Part shown: positions 1 to 9,904 of the stretch, in pieces | Layout of the letters: every line of letters begins with the position of its first letter | Numbering within the stretch: position 1 is the stretch's first letter | From: a virus | Lineage: Duplodnaviria; Heunggongvirae; Uroviricota; Caudoviricetes | Strand: one strand, 5' to 3' | Virus record (IMG/VR): IMGVR_UViG_3300042473_000506 | DNA length: 64,000 nt | Made by a program: the position numbers and the translations under genes | The notes under the pieces: generated by a model | The model's database searches: none | What the model was told of the DNA's origin: nothing | What the model saw: the letters and a program-made list of their open reading frames with translations, nothing else

Positions 1-1
1 A

Positions 2-3000
2 GTTGATAGAATTCATAATTATTACGAACCTACAGACAGCATGCCTGGACTAGAATTGCCTCTATTAATGTCTGGTGCAGAATTTGGTGAGACTCAACTG
101 CAAGGTTTAAGATTTGATTATTCTCCACCTTGGGGCCACGGAGCATACGACAACAATTCTGCATGGTCTGACTTAACTGATTACTATGCTTCTGCAAAAT
201 TAGTAGCAGATGCGCTTTACAATACAGGTACACTAGTATTAAGTACCACTGAAGGAATTTCTCCAGGGCAGAAAATTATCTTAACGAACACTGCCTTAAA
301 TTATCTAAGGACAGATACTGTAGTTGTTTCTGTTAACACTGGCGCCAACTCGATTGAAGTTAGTAATTATGAATTTCAAATTAAACGTGTTTGGTCTGAC
401 AGCCTAACTACCAGAGGAACTTTAGTATTCTACACAGTTGAAGATTTCGGCGGCGATATTAGAGTAGGAGACTACGCAGAAATTTGGGGAATTAATGGAG
501 GCGAAGGCGGAACACTTACTGGCTTCGACGGTAGATATCAAGTAACTGGAGTTGGTACAGATAGATTTACTGCAATCGGAACGGGCACACACTGGTCTAG
601 TGTGTTGTCGACATCGACTGTGCGTTCTGCTCCAGCAGGCACAACAGTTCGTATTCCATCAATGTTAAGAGACTACGAAGTTACATCAACTTATAAGATA
701 TATTCTTTTGCTGATGATATCATAAACACTACAACAGTTTATTATGATACTTTAATTTCTATTCAAGATGTTTCAACATCATCTGTTTACTTAGATTATT
801 CTACTTTGCCGTTGCAAACAAGTTCATTGGCTGAATATGTTGAAACAACTGCTACTTCTAGCGGAACACTTGCTCTTACTATTCGTGGGCTAGGCCTAAG
901 TGGTCATCATATTGATGTTGATATTTACGGATATCCAAAATTAGAATTTTGGAAAGATAATTTTAATGTTAACGGAGTTGACACAGAACTTACAGCAGGA
1001 TCCTGGGACAGTGCTGGCAACTTTGTTGGAGCACTAGGAGTAAATCCTACAGACTTAACAGTCAATGGCAGCGGCTTCTTAAATGCTCAATTAGGGTATG
1101 CTCCCGAAGAGCATGTTAAAGGACAGACATTTGATAGTGTTAGTATTAATGTCTATACACAAGAAAATAACTCATCTCCTCTAGTAATTTCAGGCGCTGT
1201 TCCTGTAGTCAGCGGTAGAGTTTCTGTTACTACATTGCCACATCCTGTTACAGAATCCGTAGGTGTTCAGGTAGAATATAAAGGATTAATTTTTGATAGA
1301 TTAGATACTCCACCTAATCCTGGTACAATAGGTCCTTATTTTAGCTCTTCTCTTGCTACGCCAATCGGCGTTTCTGGGGCACCTATCGGAGCCTCTGCCG
1401 GTGACGATACATTTACTGGACCCTATTCGCTAGGGTTTAATTGGAACATGTTTGGTACAGTGTACACTGAAGTGTACGTTGGCACAAATGGTTATGTAAC
1501 GTTTGGCGGAGGAGATACTGAGTACACGCCTTTAAATATCGACGCTCTTGAAAATCCATCAATTATGGTGATGTTCTGCGACTTATGGCAGGCAATAGGA
1601 ATATTCGGTCAACCATTAGAAAACGGACAACTTCCTGGGCTATGGTTCGATACCGGTACGATTTCAGGAACAACTACTCAATTTAATTACTGGAGATTGC
1701 GCTTTCAAGGTAGTCATTACCAGAAAAGAGATGAACCTGGAGTGTTACCTGCGTACCAGTATGAACTCGGATTATATTCTGATGGAGTGAATCAGTATGT
1801 AGAAATGATTTATGAAAACACATGGCGCGAGTATGATCCTTTAAACGCTTCATCTTCTGTTCCAAATGGCGGATTTATAACAGGTATTTCTAATCAAAAT
1901 GGCGCTAATGCCGTTCAGGTGCCGTATACTTCTATACAAAATAATACCAGTCATGTATTCTATAGTACTTCGGAGGGCGGAAACTGGCAGTATGCAGGAC
2001 AAGGAAGTTTTGATCCTAATAAAGAACCGTATAACTTTACAGCAAGAAATCAGTTCTTTATCTATGATCGAACTTTGTACATTGCTCCTCAGACAACAAC
2101 TGGTAGAGCAGGTTATACATTAATGACCATGGGAGGCGATTATCTGTTAGATAGTAACCTAGTATCAGTTAGTGATCAATCATCTGTATTAATTCCTAGT
2201 TTAGCTAGTATAGACGATGTTCGTTCTGTTTATGTAACAGTTAATGGTACTCAAATTTTTGAAACACTATCAACTTCATCATATGGTTATATGGTATCTC
2301 CTACTGGTATTGAAAATAATAGAGCGGCAGTTACAGTTTACAATATTCCTGCTGGTACTAACGTGATTCAAGCATGGTTTTTTGAAACTAACTATCCTGA
2401 GTTTAACGGAGTTTGGACAGAATATTTCAACATTACTACAACTACTACTGTGTTGAATTTAACAAAGCCTATTGCTAATATAGAACCGATTAGTGCTCAG
2501 GTATTAGTAGAATATGAAGCATTGGCTGGAGCAGGCAGAAGAAGACTTTCTCCTCCTGATGTGACTTATTATAAATTTGATGGAACTCAACTTACATTCA
2601 ATATTGACAATAAGCCTAGACCATCAGGTACATATTCTATTGAAACAGTGCATGTTTACTTAAATGGCTTCTTACTAAGATCGGGCTTTGATTATACGCT
2701 ATCCGTAAGTAACAGTACAATTACTTTCCCTACCGGATTACTTGTAAACGGTGATGCAATTGCAATCGAAAGCCTTATTGATTATGATTATATAGTGTCT
2801 GGTAACACGGTTATTTTATCAACTCCTCTTACATCCGGATCTGTAAAAGTAACTACGTTTACAGACCATGATGGCATGTTGATTAGAACAGAACGTTTCT
2901 CAGGTAATTCTATGCGTAGATTTACTCTTAGCTTACCTGTTATTAGTGCAGAGTATGTCTGGGTCTATGTAGACGGAGCACCGTTAATACCTGGATATGA

Positions 3001-4054
3001 CTTTGGACTTCTTCCAGATCAACGAACTATTCAACTTAGTGAATGGATATTTGTCAATACGTCAAACGACATTATGATTACCTCTATTAATTCACCATTA
3101 AGAAATAACGTTACTTTAGGTTATAGAATTTTTAAAGATATTTTTGATAGAACATCATATACTCGATTATCAGATTTTTACAGTACACGTTTAACTAAAG
3201 AGTTAACGCTCACTGATACTGAAATTCACGTTGAAGATTCTAGCAGATTGATTCCTCCTAATCCTATTAGAAATATTCCAGGAGTAGTATTTGTTGACAG
3301 CGAACGTATTGAGTTCTTTGAAAAAGCCAGTAATACATTAAGCAATTTACGAAGAAGCACTCACGGCACAGCACCCGCATTGTTTTCTGAAGTTGGAACT
3401 AAACTAATGGATCAAAGTACACAACAACAAGTTCCCTACAGTGATGTAATTAAGAAGCAATATCATATTACTACCAGCACAACAAATGCTCGAGTATTAA
3501 GTACTGTAACTAACTCGTTCAACACATACACATTTGTTATTAGCACTTCCAGTTATTCCACTGACGTGGGCCCATACCAGTTTGTGTGTGACGGAATTAC
3601 TCTTTCTACATCGACTGATGCAACTAATCAGGTAACTATTAAGTACGGTGGAAGGACACTTCGCAAAACAAGTACCTTGGTACATGATTCTAGAAGAGCC
3701 TATGATACGACTTCAACAAGTTTAGTAACACTGGATTCTGAATTTACTGTAGTTTATAATTCGTTGACTAACAATCATGAATTAAAATTAAATATTGAGG
3801 GATTTGTTTCCGGAGTGAGATTAGAAATTGAACAAAGAACTGGTCAGTTCTGGCAACCGATTGAAGAAGTATCTGCTAATGAGTGGGTAATTAAATCTTC
3901 GTTATTGACTGCTGTAACACCGCAGGCTATGTTTATACAACAGAAAACAACAGAATTACCTGATTATTATTATTATGGTGGAGATCCTACTCTAACAGAC
4001 AATAATAATTTTGAATTGACAGACGACAATAACAATCCGATAGAGGGATATTAA
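2..4054 (+). CDS. Very large virion structural protein (baseplate wedge-like), 5'-truncated by the window edge
   Basis: Frame stays open upstream of the ATG at 41 (VDRIHNYYEPTDS-MPGLELPLLMSG), so the true start lies before the window. Thr/Ser/Val-rich beta-type sequence, first gene of a tightly packed + strand structural block. Contains a nidogen/NIDO-like segment at about 1400-2030. Confidence 0.7.
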   Translation, partial: VDRIHNYYEPTDSMPGLELPLLMSGAEFGETQLQGLRFDYSPPWGHGAYDNNSAWSDLTDYYASAKLVADALYNTGTLVLSTTEGISPGQKIILTNTALNYLRTDTVVVSVNTGANSIEVSNYEFQIKRVWSDSLTTRGTLVFYTVEDFGGDIRVGDYAEIWGINGGEGGTLTGFDGRYQVTGVGTDRFTAIGTGTHWSSVLSTSTVRSAPAGTTVRIPSMLRDYEVTSTYKIYSFADDIINTTTVYYDTLISIQDVSTSSVYLDYSTLPLQTSSLAEYVETTATSSGTLALTIRGLGLSGHHIDVDIYGYPKLEFWKDNFNVNGVDTELTAGSWDSAGNFVGALGVNPTDLTVNGSGFLNAQLGYAPEEHVKGQTFDSVSINVYTQENNSSPLVISGAVPVVSGRVSVTTLPHPVTESVGVQVEYKGLIFDRLDTPPNPGTIGPYFSSSLATPIGVSGAPIGASAGDDTFTGPYSLGFNWNMFGTVYTEVYVGTNGYVTFGGGDTEYTPLNIDALENPSIMVMFCDLWQAIGIFGQPLENGQLPGLWFDTGTISGTTTQFNYWRLRFQGSHYQKRDEPGVLPAYQYELGLYSDGVNQYVEMIYENTWREYDPLNASSSVPNGGFITGISNQNGANAVQVPYTSIQNNTSHVFYSTSEGGNWQYAGQGSFDPNKEPYNFTARNQFFIYDRTLYIAPQTTTGRAGYTLMTMGGDYLLDSNLVSVSDQSSVLIPSLASIDDVRSVYVTVNGTQIFETLSTSSYGYMVSPTGIENNRAAVTVYNIPAGTNVIQAWFFETNYPEFNGVWTEYFNITTTTTVLNLTKPIANIEPISAQVLVEYEALAGAGRRRLSPPDVTYYKFDGTQLTFNIDNKPRPSGTYSIETVHVYLNGFLLRSGFDYTLSVSNSTITFPTGLLVNGDAIAIESLIDYDYIVSGNTVILSTPLTSGSVKVTTFTDHDGMLIRTERFSGNSMRRFTLSLPVISAEYVWVYVDGAPLIPGYDFGLLPDQRTIQLSEWIFVNTSNDIMITSINSPLRNNVTLGYRIFKDIFDRTSYTRLSDFYSTRLTKELTLTDTEIHVEDSSRLIPPNPIRNIPGVVFVDSERIEFFEKASNTLSNLRRSTHGTAPALFSEVGTKLMDQSTQQQVPYSDVIKKQYHITTSTTNARVLSTVTNSFNTYTFVISTSSYSTDVGPYQFVCDGITLSTSTDATNQVTIKYGGRTLRKTSTLVHDSRRAYDTTSTSLVTLDSEFTVVYNSLTNNHELKLNIEGFVSGVRLEIEQRTGQFWQPIEEVSANEWVIKSSLLTAVTPQAMFIQQKTTELPDYYYYGGDPTLTDNNNFELTDDNNNPIEGY

Positions 4055-4057
4055 AAG

Positions 4058-4774
4058 ATGAAAATTAATCAATTACCATTTATAACTTCAGGTACAACTG
4101 TTACAAGTTTTGTAATAGTTGATGAGATACTACCGAGAAGAATCCGTTACACTGACTTAGTTGATCAAGTTGTTACAGAAATAGGTGCCGCCGAATTTAC
4201 TGGTCCCACAGGGCCTGCGGGTCCTAAAGGACCGACTGGACCAGCAGGTTCGAGTGTGGTCCCAGGCCCAACTGGCCCAACTGGACCAGGTCTACCAGAT
4301 GGTGGATCTATTGGGCAGGCGCTGATTAAAATTTCAGGTCTAAACTATGATTATGATTGGGGAACTGTTTCTGGCGGCAGCGGAGTTGGTCTATCTTCGA
4401 GAATATTAACTACTGGAACAACAGCATCTCTTGCTGCTAATGCTAGTGGAAATACAGAAGCAACTGGTTTTAAAACTTATATGTTGTCAAAGGTACAAAC
4501 TTCTCATGCTGCATGGGTTCGAATTTACTCAGACAGCACTAGCAGAACTAATGATGCAGCAAGGACCGAAGGTAATGATCCGTTGCCAGGTAGCGGAGTT
4601 ATTGCGGAAGTTATTACAACTGCATCCTCTCTAACTCAATTAATAACTCCCGGAGTTATAGGGTTTAATAATGATGTGCCTACCACTACTACTGTTTATC
4701 TATCTGTAACAAACAAAGACACGGTATCTAGAACAATCGATGTTACGTTAACATTACTACAACTGGAGTCTTAA
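4058..4774 (+). CDS. Collagen-like repeat virion/fibre protein
   Basis: G-X-Y run GPTGPAGPKGPTGPAG...GPTGPTGPG at about 4202-4290; structural context. Confidence 0.75.
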   Translation: MKINQLPFITSGTTVTSFVIVDEILPRRIRYTDLVDQVVTEIGAAEFTGPTGPAGPKGPTGPAGSSVVPGPTGPTGPGLPDGGSIGQALIKISGLNYDYDWGTVSGGSGVGLSSRILTTGTTASLAANASGNTEATGFKTYMLSKVQTSHAAWVRIYSDSTSRTNDAARTEGNDPLPGSGVIAEVITTASSLTQLITPGVIGFNNDVPTTTTVYLSVTNKDTVSRTIDVTLTLLQLES

Positions 4775-4775
4775 A

Positions 4776-6443
4776 ATGAGTTCTGAAGCTAGAGAGTATA
4801 TTATAACTTTAAAAAATAAAGAAGATCTTGAATCTTTTTATAATGATATGGAGTTGTCTAACGGGGCAAAATTTATTCCTCACCGCGCCATTCCGGTAAA
4901 GGATAGAAGACCGGTAAGTCGAAATACTCATTATACGTTATATGCATCTGAAGCCGAACTTATTAAAAACGATCCTAGAGTGTTGCATGTTGAATTGAGC
5001 CTTGAAGAACAAGGTTTAAAATTTAAACCATTTTGGACACAAGCTAGTACGTTATGGAACAGGTCTAATACTCTAAGTTCATCTCATAGAAACTGGGGAA
5101 TATTAAGATCTGTTGAAGGAGTACAAAGAAGTGGATGGGGAACAAACGGAACTACTAATGTATCCGGAACAGTTAATACAACTTCGAGCGGAAAATATGT
5201 TGATGTGGTTATAGTAGACGGACATTTTAATCCCTTACATCCCGAGTTTGCAGTCAATGCAGACGGCTCTGGTGGGTCTAGGGTTGTTCAATATAATTGG
5301 TTACAACATAACCTAGCTGTACTAGGAACAGCACCTGGTACATATGCTTATACTCCTTATATTGATCCTTCATATCCAGATAACAATCTTGATGGAATAT
5401 CTGACAGAACAGTAGACGGCGATCACGGGACACACGTTGCTTCTACAGCATGTGGTAACACCTACGGATGGGCAAGAGATGCAAACATTTATAATATAAG
5501 TCCGTACTCAACGAATCCATCTAATACAGGAGCACGGACAATAGATTACATCAGAGAGTGGCATAGAACTAAGCCTATTAATCCTGCCACAGGTAGACGT
5601 AATCCTACGGTTACTAATCACAGTTATGGAGTATCTATTGAAGTACCTATTTCTGAAATTACTATTGTTAGATTTCAAGGTACAGAATTTAGTGGTCCTT
5701 TTACGGAATCAGAATTAACCAATTATGGATTGGTTGTAAGTGCAGGAAACGTAGCATTTCCAATAAGAAGCGTTGCATACGAGGAAGATTTAATAGATGC
5801 GATGAACGAAGGGATTATCGTTGTCGGAGCCGCAGGAAACGATTATACAAAAATTTCTAATTTTACAGTTGATACTGGGGATGACTATAATAATTACATT
5901 GTTCAAAGTGATGTGTTTACTTATTACTATAACAGGGGCCCATTAGGTGCAGCATCTGGATCAATTTGTGTCGGCGGCGCAGACGCAAATACAACTGAAA
6001 CAAAAATTGTTTACAGTAATTGCGGACCTAGGATAGACTTGTATGCTCCGGGAAGATTTATTGTTGGCGGAGTAAACTCTACTACTGGAGTTACAACTGG
6101 AGATAGTAGAAACTCTGCGTATAGAGTGACTAAAAGATCTGGAACTAGTATGTCTAGCCCACAAGTTGCGGGAGTTCTAGCCTGTCTTGCAGAGCAATGG
6201 CCTACTATGAAACAATCACAGGCTAGGGATTACATTAGAAATAAAGCTAAAATAGGGCAAATTACTGCTACTACAGGCGGTATAGGTGACTATACAGACT
6301 TGCAAGGGTCTACAAATAGATTCCTATACTACAATAAAGAACGCCTAGATCAAGGTATGGTTGGTCCCAAAGTTAATCAAGGTAATCGATCTAGTACAGG
6401 GCACATATGGCCTAGAACTAAAATCTACCGATACGGAAGATAA
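4776..6443 (+). CDS. Subtilisin-like serine protease (peptidase S8) with N-terminal prodomain
   Basis: Catalytic motifs DVVIVDG (Asp), HGTHVAS (His), GTSMSSPQVAG (Ser) and oxyanion AAGND. Confidence 0.92.
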   Translation: MSSEAREYIITLKNKEDLESFYNDMELSNGAKFIPHRAIPVKDRRPVSRNTHYTLYASEAELIKNDPRVLHVELSLEEQGLKFKPFWTQASTLWNRSNTLSSSHRNWGILRSVEGVQRSGWGTNGTTNVSGTVNTTSSGKYVDVVIVDGHFNPLHPEFAVNADGSGGSRVVQYNWLQHNLAVLGTAPGTYAYTPYIDPSYPDNNLDGISDRTVDGDHGTHVASTACGNTYGWARDANIYNISPYSTNPSNTGARTIDYIREWHRTKPINPATGRRNPTVTNHSYGVSIEVPISEITIVRFQGTEFSGPFTESELTNYGLVVSAGNVAFPIRSVAYEEDLIDAMNEGIIVVGAAGNDYTKISNFTVDTGDDYNNYIVQSDVFTYYYNRGPLGAASGSICVGGADANTTETKIVYSNCGPRIDLYAPGRFIVGGVNSTTGVTTGDSRNSAYRVTKRSGTSMSSPQVAGVLACLAEQWPTMKQSQARDYIRNKAKIGQITATTGGIGDYTDLQGSTNRFLYYNKERLDQGMVGPKVNQGNRSSTGHIWPRTKIYRYGR

Positions 6444-6464
6444 ACCGCTTATAATTTAGATGGA

Positions 6465-6470
6465 TAAATA
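6465..6470 (+). promoter_or_regulatory. T4-like late promoter core TAAATA
   Basis: GATAAATA-tcatt-ATG directly before the 6476 gene; the same TAAATATCATTATG string recurs at 41234. Confidence 0.6.
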
Positions 6471-6475
6471 TCATT

Positions 6476-7105
6476 ATGGATAACAGAAACATGAACAATT
6501 TACCGAATGAAGCTGGAGCAATAGGCATCCAGGGTCATATTAAAATCTACGATCCTATCTCTCAAGAAGTCTTTATTAATAAAAGAAACGCTATTCATTA
6601 TGAGAATTTTTCCATAGCATTGGCACAGAGTATAGCAAATCAAGGCGAAGGACCCATTGCCGAGATGGTGTTCGGCAACGGAGGAAGCAGAGTTGATAGT
6701 ACAGGAATCATTACTTACCTTACACCTAACAGTGTAGGAACAAGTGCTAGCCTATATAATCAAACTTATTATAAAACTGTTGATTCGAAAAGTTCATACT
6801 CGTTAGATCCTGCACGTAATTTTATGGAAACTAGACACATTGCTGGCACAGTTTATACTGACGTGCTAGTAAGTTGTTTGCTTGATTTTGGTGAGCCGAG
6901 CGGTCAAGCCGCATTTGATACAGAAACAAACACTGAATCTAATTTTGTGTTTGATGAATTAGGATTGAGATCCTTTAATCCAGAAGGTCCGAATACAGGA
7001 ATGTTATTAACACATGTTATCTTCCACCCTGTTCAGAAATCATTAAACAGGATGATTCAGGTAGATTATACAATTAGGATCCAAAGTTTGAGCACCGGAG
7101 TTTAA
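6476..7105 (+). CDS. Baseplate/tail-region structural protein (hypothetical)
   Basis: Intact 209-aa ORF between structural genes, with a late-promoter motif upstream. Confidence 0.6.
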   Translation: MDNRNMNNLPNEAGAIGIQGHIKIYDPISQEVFINKRNAIHYENFSIALAQSIANQGEGPIAEMVFGNGGSRVDSTGIITYLTPNSVGTSASLYNQTYYKTVDSKSSYSLDPARNFMETRHIAGTVYTDVLVSCLLDFGEPSGQAAFDTETNTESNFVFDELGLRSFNPEGPNTGMLLTHVIFHPVQKSLNRMIQVDYTIRIQSLSTGV

Positions 7106-7108
7106 AAC

Positions 7109-8929
7109 ATGGCTAATTCATATACACTTCGATTCTCAGACCCTACAAACACTGGCACAGTGCAGGTATTAGGAACAACATTAGGTCCTGGAAAGAACAA
7201 TTATAGTACCAGTCTTGATCTAGTCGGGCCAGGATATACTAATTACGGTCTTGATACTACACAAAATTTTTTAAAATTGTTGGAAAATTTTGCAGGACCT
7301 AACCCTCCTATTAATTCAATTAAGGGACAACTATGGTATGATACTAGCAATCCTAACAGAAAAGTTTTAAGAGTTAATAATGGTGACATTACAAGTAATC
7401 GATGGCCAGCTGCTAGCGGAATCTATCAACAAAATTCTGATCCTAGTTTAAGTTATAGTTCTGGAGTAACAATTGGAGACATCTGGGTTGATACAGTTTC
7501 GAATCAATTAAACATACGTGATGCCGATGGATGGACTCTTGTTGGTCCTAGTAGCTTATCTGGTACTTCAAAGTCCGGAGCAGAAGTTAGAGTCATTGAA
7601 ACTAATACTAGTACCGTTGCTAATAAAGTAGAGTATCCTGTTATTTTAAACTGGGCAAACGGCAAAGTAGTTGAAATTATCTCTTATAATGAATTTACTC
7701 CTAGAAGTGTTATTGATGGTTTTACTGTTATTAAGGCAGGAACAAATTTAACTTCCAGAATTCCTACAAGATACAACGGAGTAGCAGAAAGTGCTGCATC
7801 TTTATATCTCAGTTCGGGTGTAACCGTTAAAGCATCTGATGTATTAAGAAATAAATCTATACTTGCACCTCAGATTCATACAGGTACCTTTGTAGTTGAG
7901 TCATCTGGCGGTATTCAAATTAAAAAAGATACAACTGCAAAAGCTATTAAAATATATAGTACTGCATCTGAGGCATTTGTTACCTACGCTAACACTAGCT
8001 CTTCTGGAATGAAGATAGGTATTTCTGATAGTTTCTTTGACAAGTCTTATTTAAAGCTCACATCTGCAGGATTTGTGGGAGTTAATAATCCTATTCCTAC
8101 CAAAACATTAGATGTTACAGGTAGCGGTAAGTTTTCAGATGATGTAACAATTACTTCTAATACCGATTCTGCTCTAGATGTTTCCGGTGGCGGGTCGTTT
8201 GGAAGAACTTTAGAAGCAAACACATTAACTGTAGTAACAACTTCTTCAATGGTTGGGCTAATTACAATAGGTCAGCCCGGCGGAAGCGGCACTATTTTAC
8301 AACCAGCAGAAAACAATTCATATGAATTAGGATCTCCAACTAGAGCATTTCGTAGAATTTATACATCACAAATTGGTTCAACTGGATCTACACTTACAAT
8401 ATACGGAGTTGCTTCACAGGCTGTTCAATTAGAAGCTTCTCGACAATTTAGTGTTATTGGACAGTTTGCAACAACCGGATCTGTATCATTTAATGGATTA
8501 GGTAATGTAGCTCTTAATACTACTGCTACCACAGCTTTAATTACAGCACAGTCAACAGTTACATCGACCACTGCTACTCAGACGTTGTTAGTAGTTGACA
8601 CCGCAACATCTACAACTATAGAGCAAGGTGTAAGACAAATCAGCAAGGCAGATTTCTTATCAGATGTTTACGACATGGTAATGCAGCCAGGGATGATTAT
8701 TCCGTGGCCAACTTCAACACCTCCCTCAGCGGTTAAGCCAGACGGTCAGCCTACATGGATTTTATGCAATGGCGGGTCTACATCTACCGTGTTACAGGGA
8801 GATTTATTTGGTGTAATTGGTTATACATTTGGTGGAGCAAGTGGTAGCTTTAGTGTTCCGGATTTGAGATATGCTACTACCACTACAAACATTGTACCAG
8901 TTACAATGAACTATATTATAAAGACATAA
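7109..8929 (+). CDS. Baseplate/short tail fibre protein with C-terminal tail-collar domain
   Basis: C-terminal PGMIIPW...WILCNG...LFGVIGYTFGG...FSVPDLR is the phage tail-collar signature; the N-terminal motif is shared with the next two genes. Confidence 0.8.
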   Translation: MANSYTLRFSDPTNTGTVQVLGTTLGPGKNNYSTSLDLVGPGYTNYGLDTTQNFLKLLENFAGPNPPINSIKGQLWYDTSNPNRKVLRVNNGDITSNRWPAASGIYQQNSDPSLSYSSGVTIGDIWVDTVSNQLNIRDADGWTLVGPSSLSGTSKSGAEVRVIETNTSTVANKVEYPVILNWANGKVVEIISYNEFTPRSVIDGFTVIKAGTNLTSRIPTRYNGVAESAASLYLSSGVTVKASDVLRNKSILAPQIHTGTFVVESSGGIQIKKDTTAKAIKIYSTASEAFVTYANTSSSGMKIGISDSFFDKSYLKLTSAGFVGVNNPIPTKTLDVTGSGKFSDDVTITSNTDSALDVSGGGSFGRTLEANTLTVVTTSSMVGLITIGQPGGSGTILQPAENNSYELGSPTRAFRRIYTSQIGSTGSTLTIYGVASQAVQLEASRQFSVIGQFATTGSVSFNGLGNVALNTTATTALITAQSTVTSTTATQTLLVVDTATSTTIEQGVRQISKADFLSDVYDMVMQPGMIIPWPTSTPPSAVKPDGQPTWILCNGGSTSTVLQGDLFGVIGYTFGGASGSFSVPDLRYATTTTNIVPVTMNYIIKT

Positions 8930-8933
8930 TAAC

Positions 8934-9902
8934 ATGGCATATATCATATATAGAAGTGACGGTACAGTATTGTTAACCATGGCAGATGGAGATGTAGATT
9001 CTATCACTACTAGTTTAGATTTAATAGGTAAGAATGTTAACAAGTACGGACAGTATGTAAACAATAATTTTGTAAAACTGTTGACTAATTTTGCTTCTCC
9101 TAATCAACCTTTACAAGCACAAGTTGGTCAGTTGTGGTACGACACAATTAACAGTAAATTAACAGTCTATGATGGTGTAGAGTTTAATCCTACATACGGC
9201 GCAACTATCAGTGGTACGCAACCCGTAACAACAAGTACAGGAGATTTGTGGTACAATAGCACTAATGGTGAATTTAAAATCTGGCAAGGATATCCTTTAA
9301 ATCAATGGTTCCTTGTTGATCCTAGAGTAGATCTACAAAATGGTAAAATGGGAGTTATGGTTCCTCCTGTAAATATTTTAGAGAATACGTTTAACCAAAA
9401 ACAAAATGTTTCAGTGCTGTATTCTTACGGTGCTCCGACTGCGTTAGTGACTACTGCATCCTTTACAATGAGTGCTTCTAGCTCAACAGTGTACTTTGGA
9501 CAGACAACAGCAACTAATGTTGTTAACGGTATTACAATTTTAGATGACCTTGATGTAAAAGGAAATTTATATGTAAGGGGTAATACAGTTTATGATAAGA
9601 ATTTAACAACTGCATTTGATATTACCACATACGGTGATACAAAAACTGGCACAACTGGAACAAATCTAACAAACATCAATGATGGAAACAATGCTTTAAG
9701 ATTAAAAGCATTGCCTAATTTGTTTAGTACCGCAACCTATGTTATAGGATCTCAGGCTAAAGTGCTGTGTAATTACAATGCTCTTCTTTCTGTTAGACAC
9801 TTTACATTAACAAATGTAGGAGGACTTGCTCGCTGGGATACTGTAGATGCATATTATAATTCTTTTACCACTTTTAACAATAACATTACATATCAGGAAT
9901 AA
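8934..9902 (+). CDS. Baseplate/fibre structural protein, paralog of 7109 and 9905
   Basis: Shared N-terminal motif TSLDLIGKN..KYG...NNFVKLLTNFA...GQLWYDT. Confidence 0.7.
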   Translation: MAYIIYRSDGTVLLTMADGDVDSITTSLDLIGKNVNKYGQYVNNNFVKLLTNFASPNQPLQAQVGQLWYDTINSKLTVYDGVEFNPTYGATISGTQPVTTSTGDLWYNSTNGEFKIWQGYPLNQWFLVDPRVDLQNGKMGVMVPPVNILENTFNQKQNVSVLYSYGAPTALVTTASFTMSASSSTVYFGQTTATNVVNGITILDDLDVKGNLYVRGNTVYDKNLTTAFDITTYGDTKTGTTGTNLTNINDGNNALRLKALPNLFSTATYVIGSQAKVLCNYNALLSVRHFTLTNVGGLARWDTVDAYYNSFTTFNNNITYQE

Positions 9903-9904
9903 TT

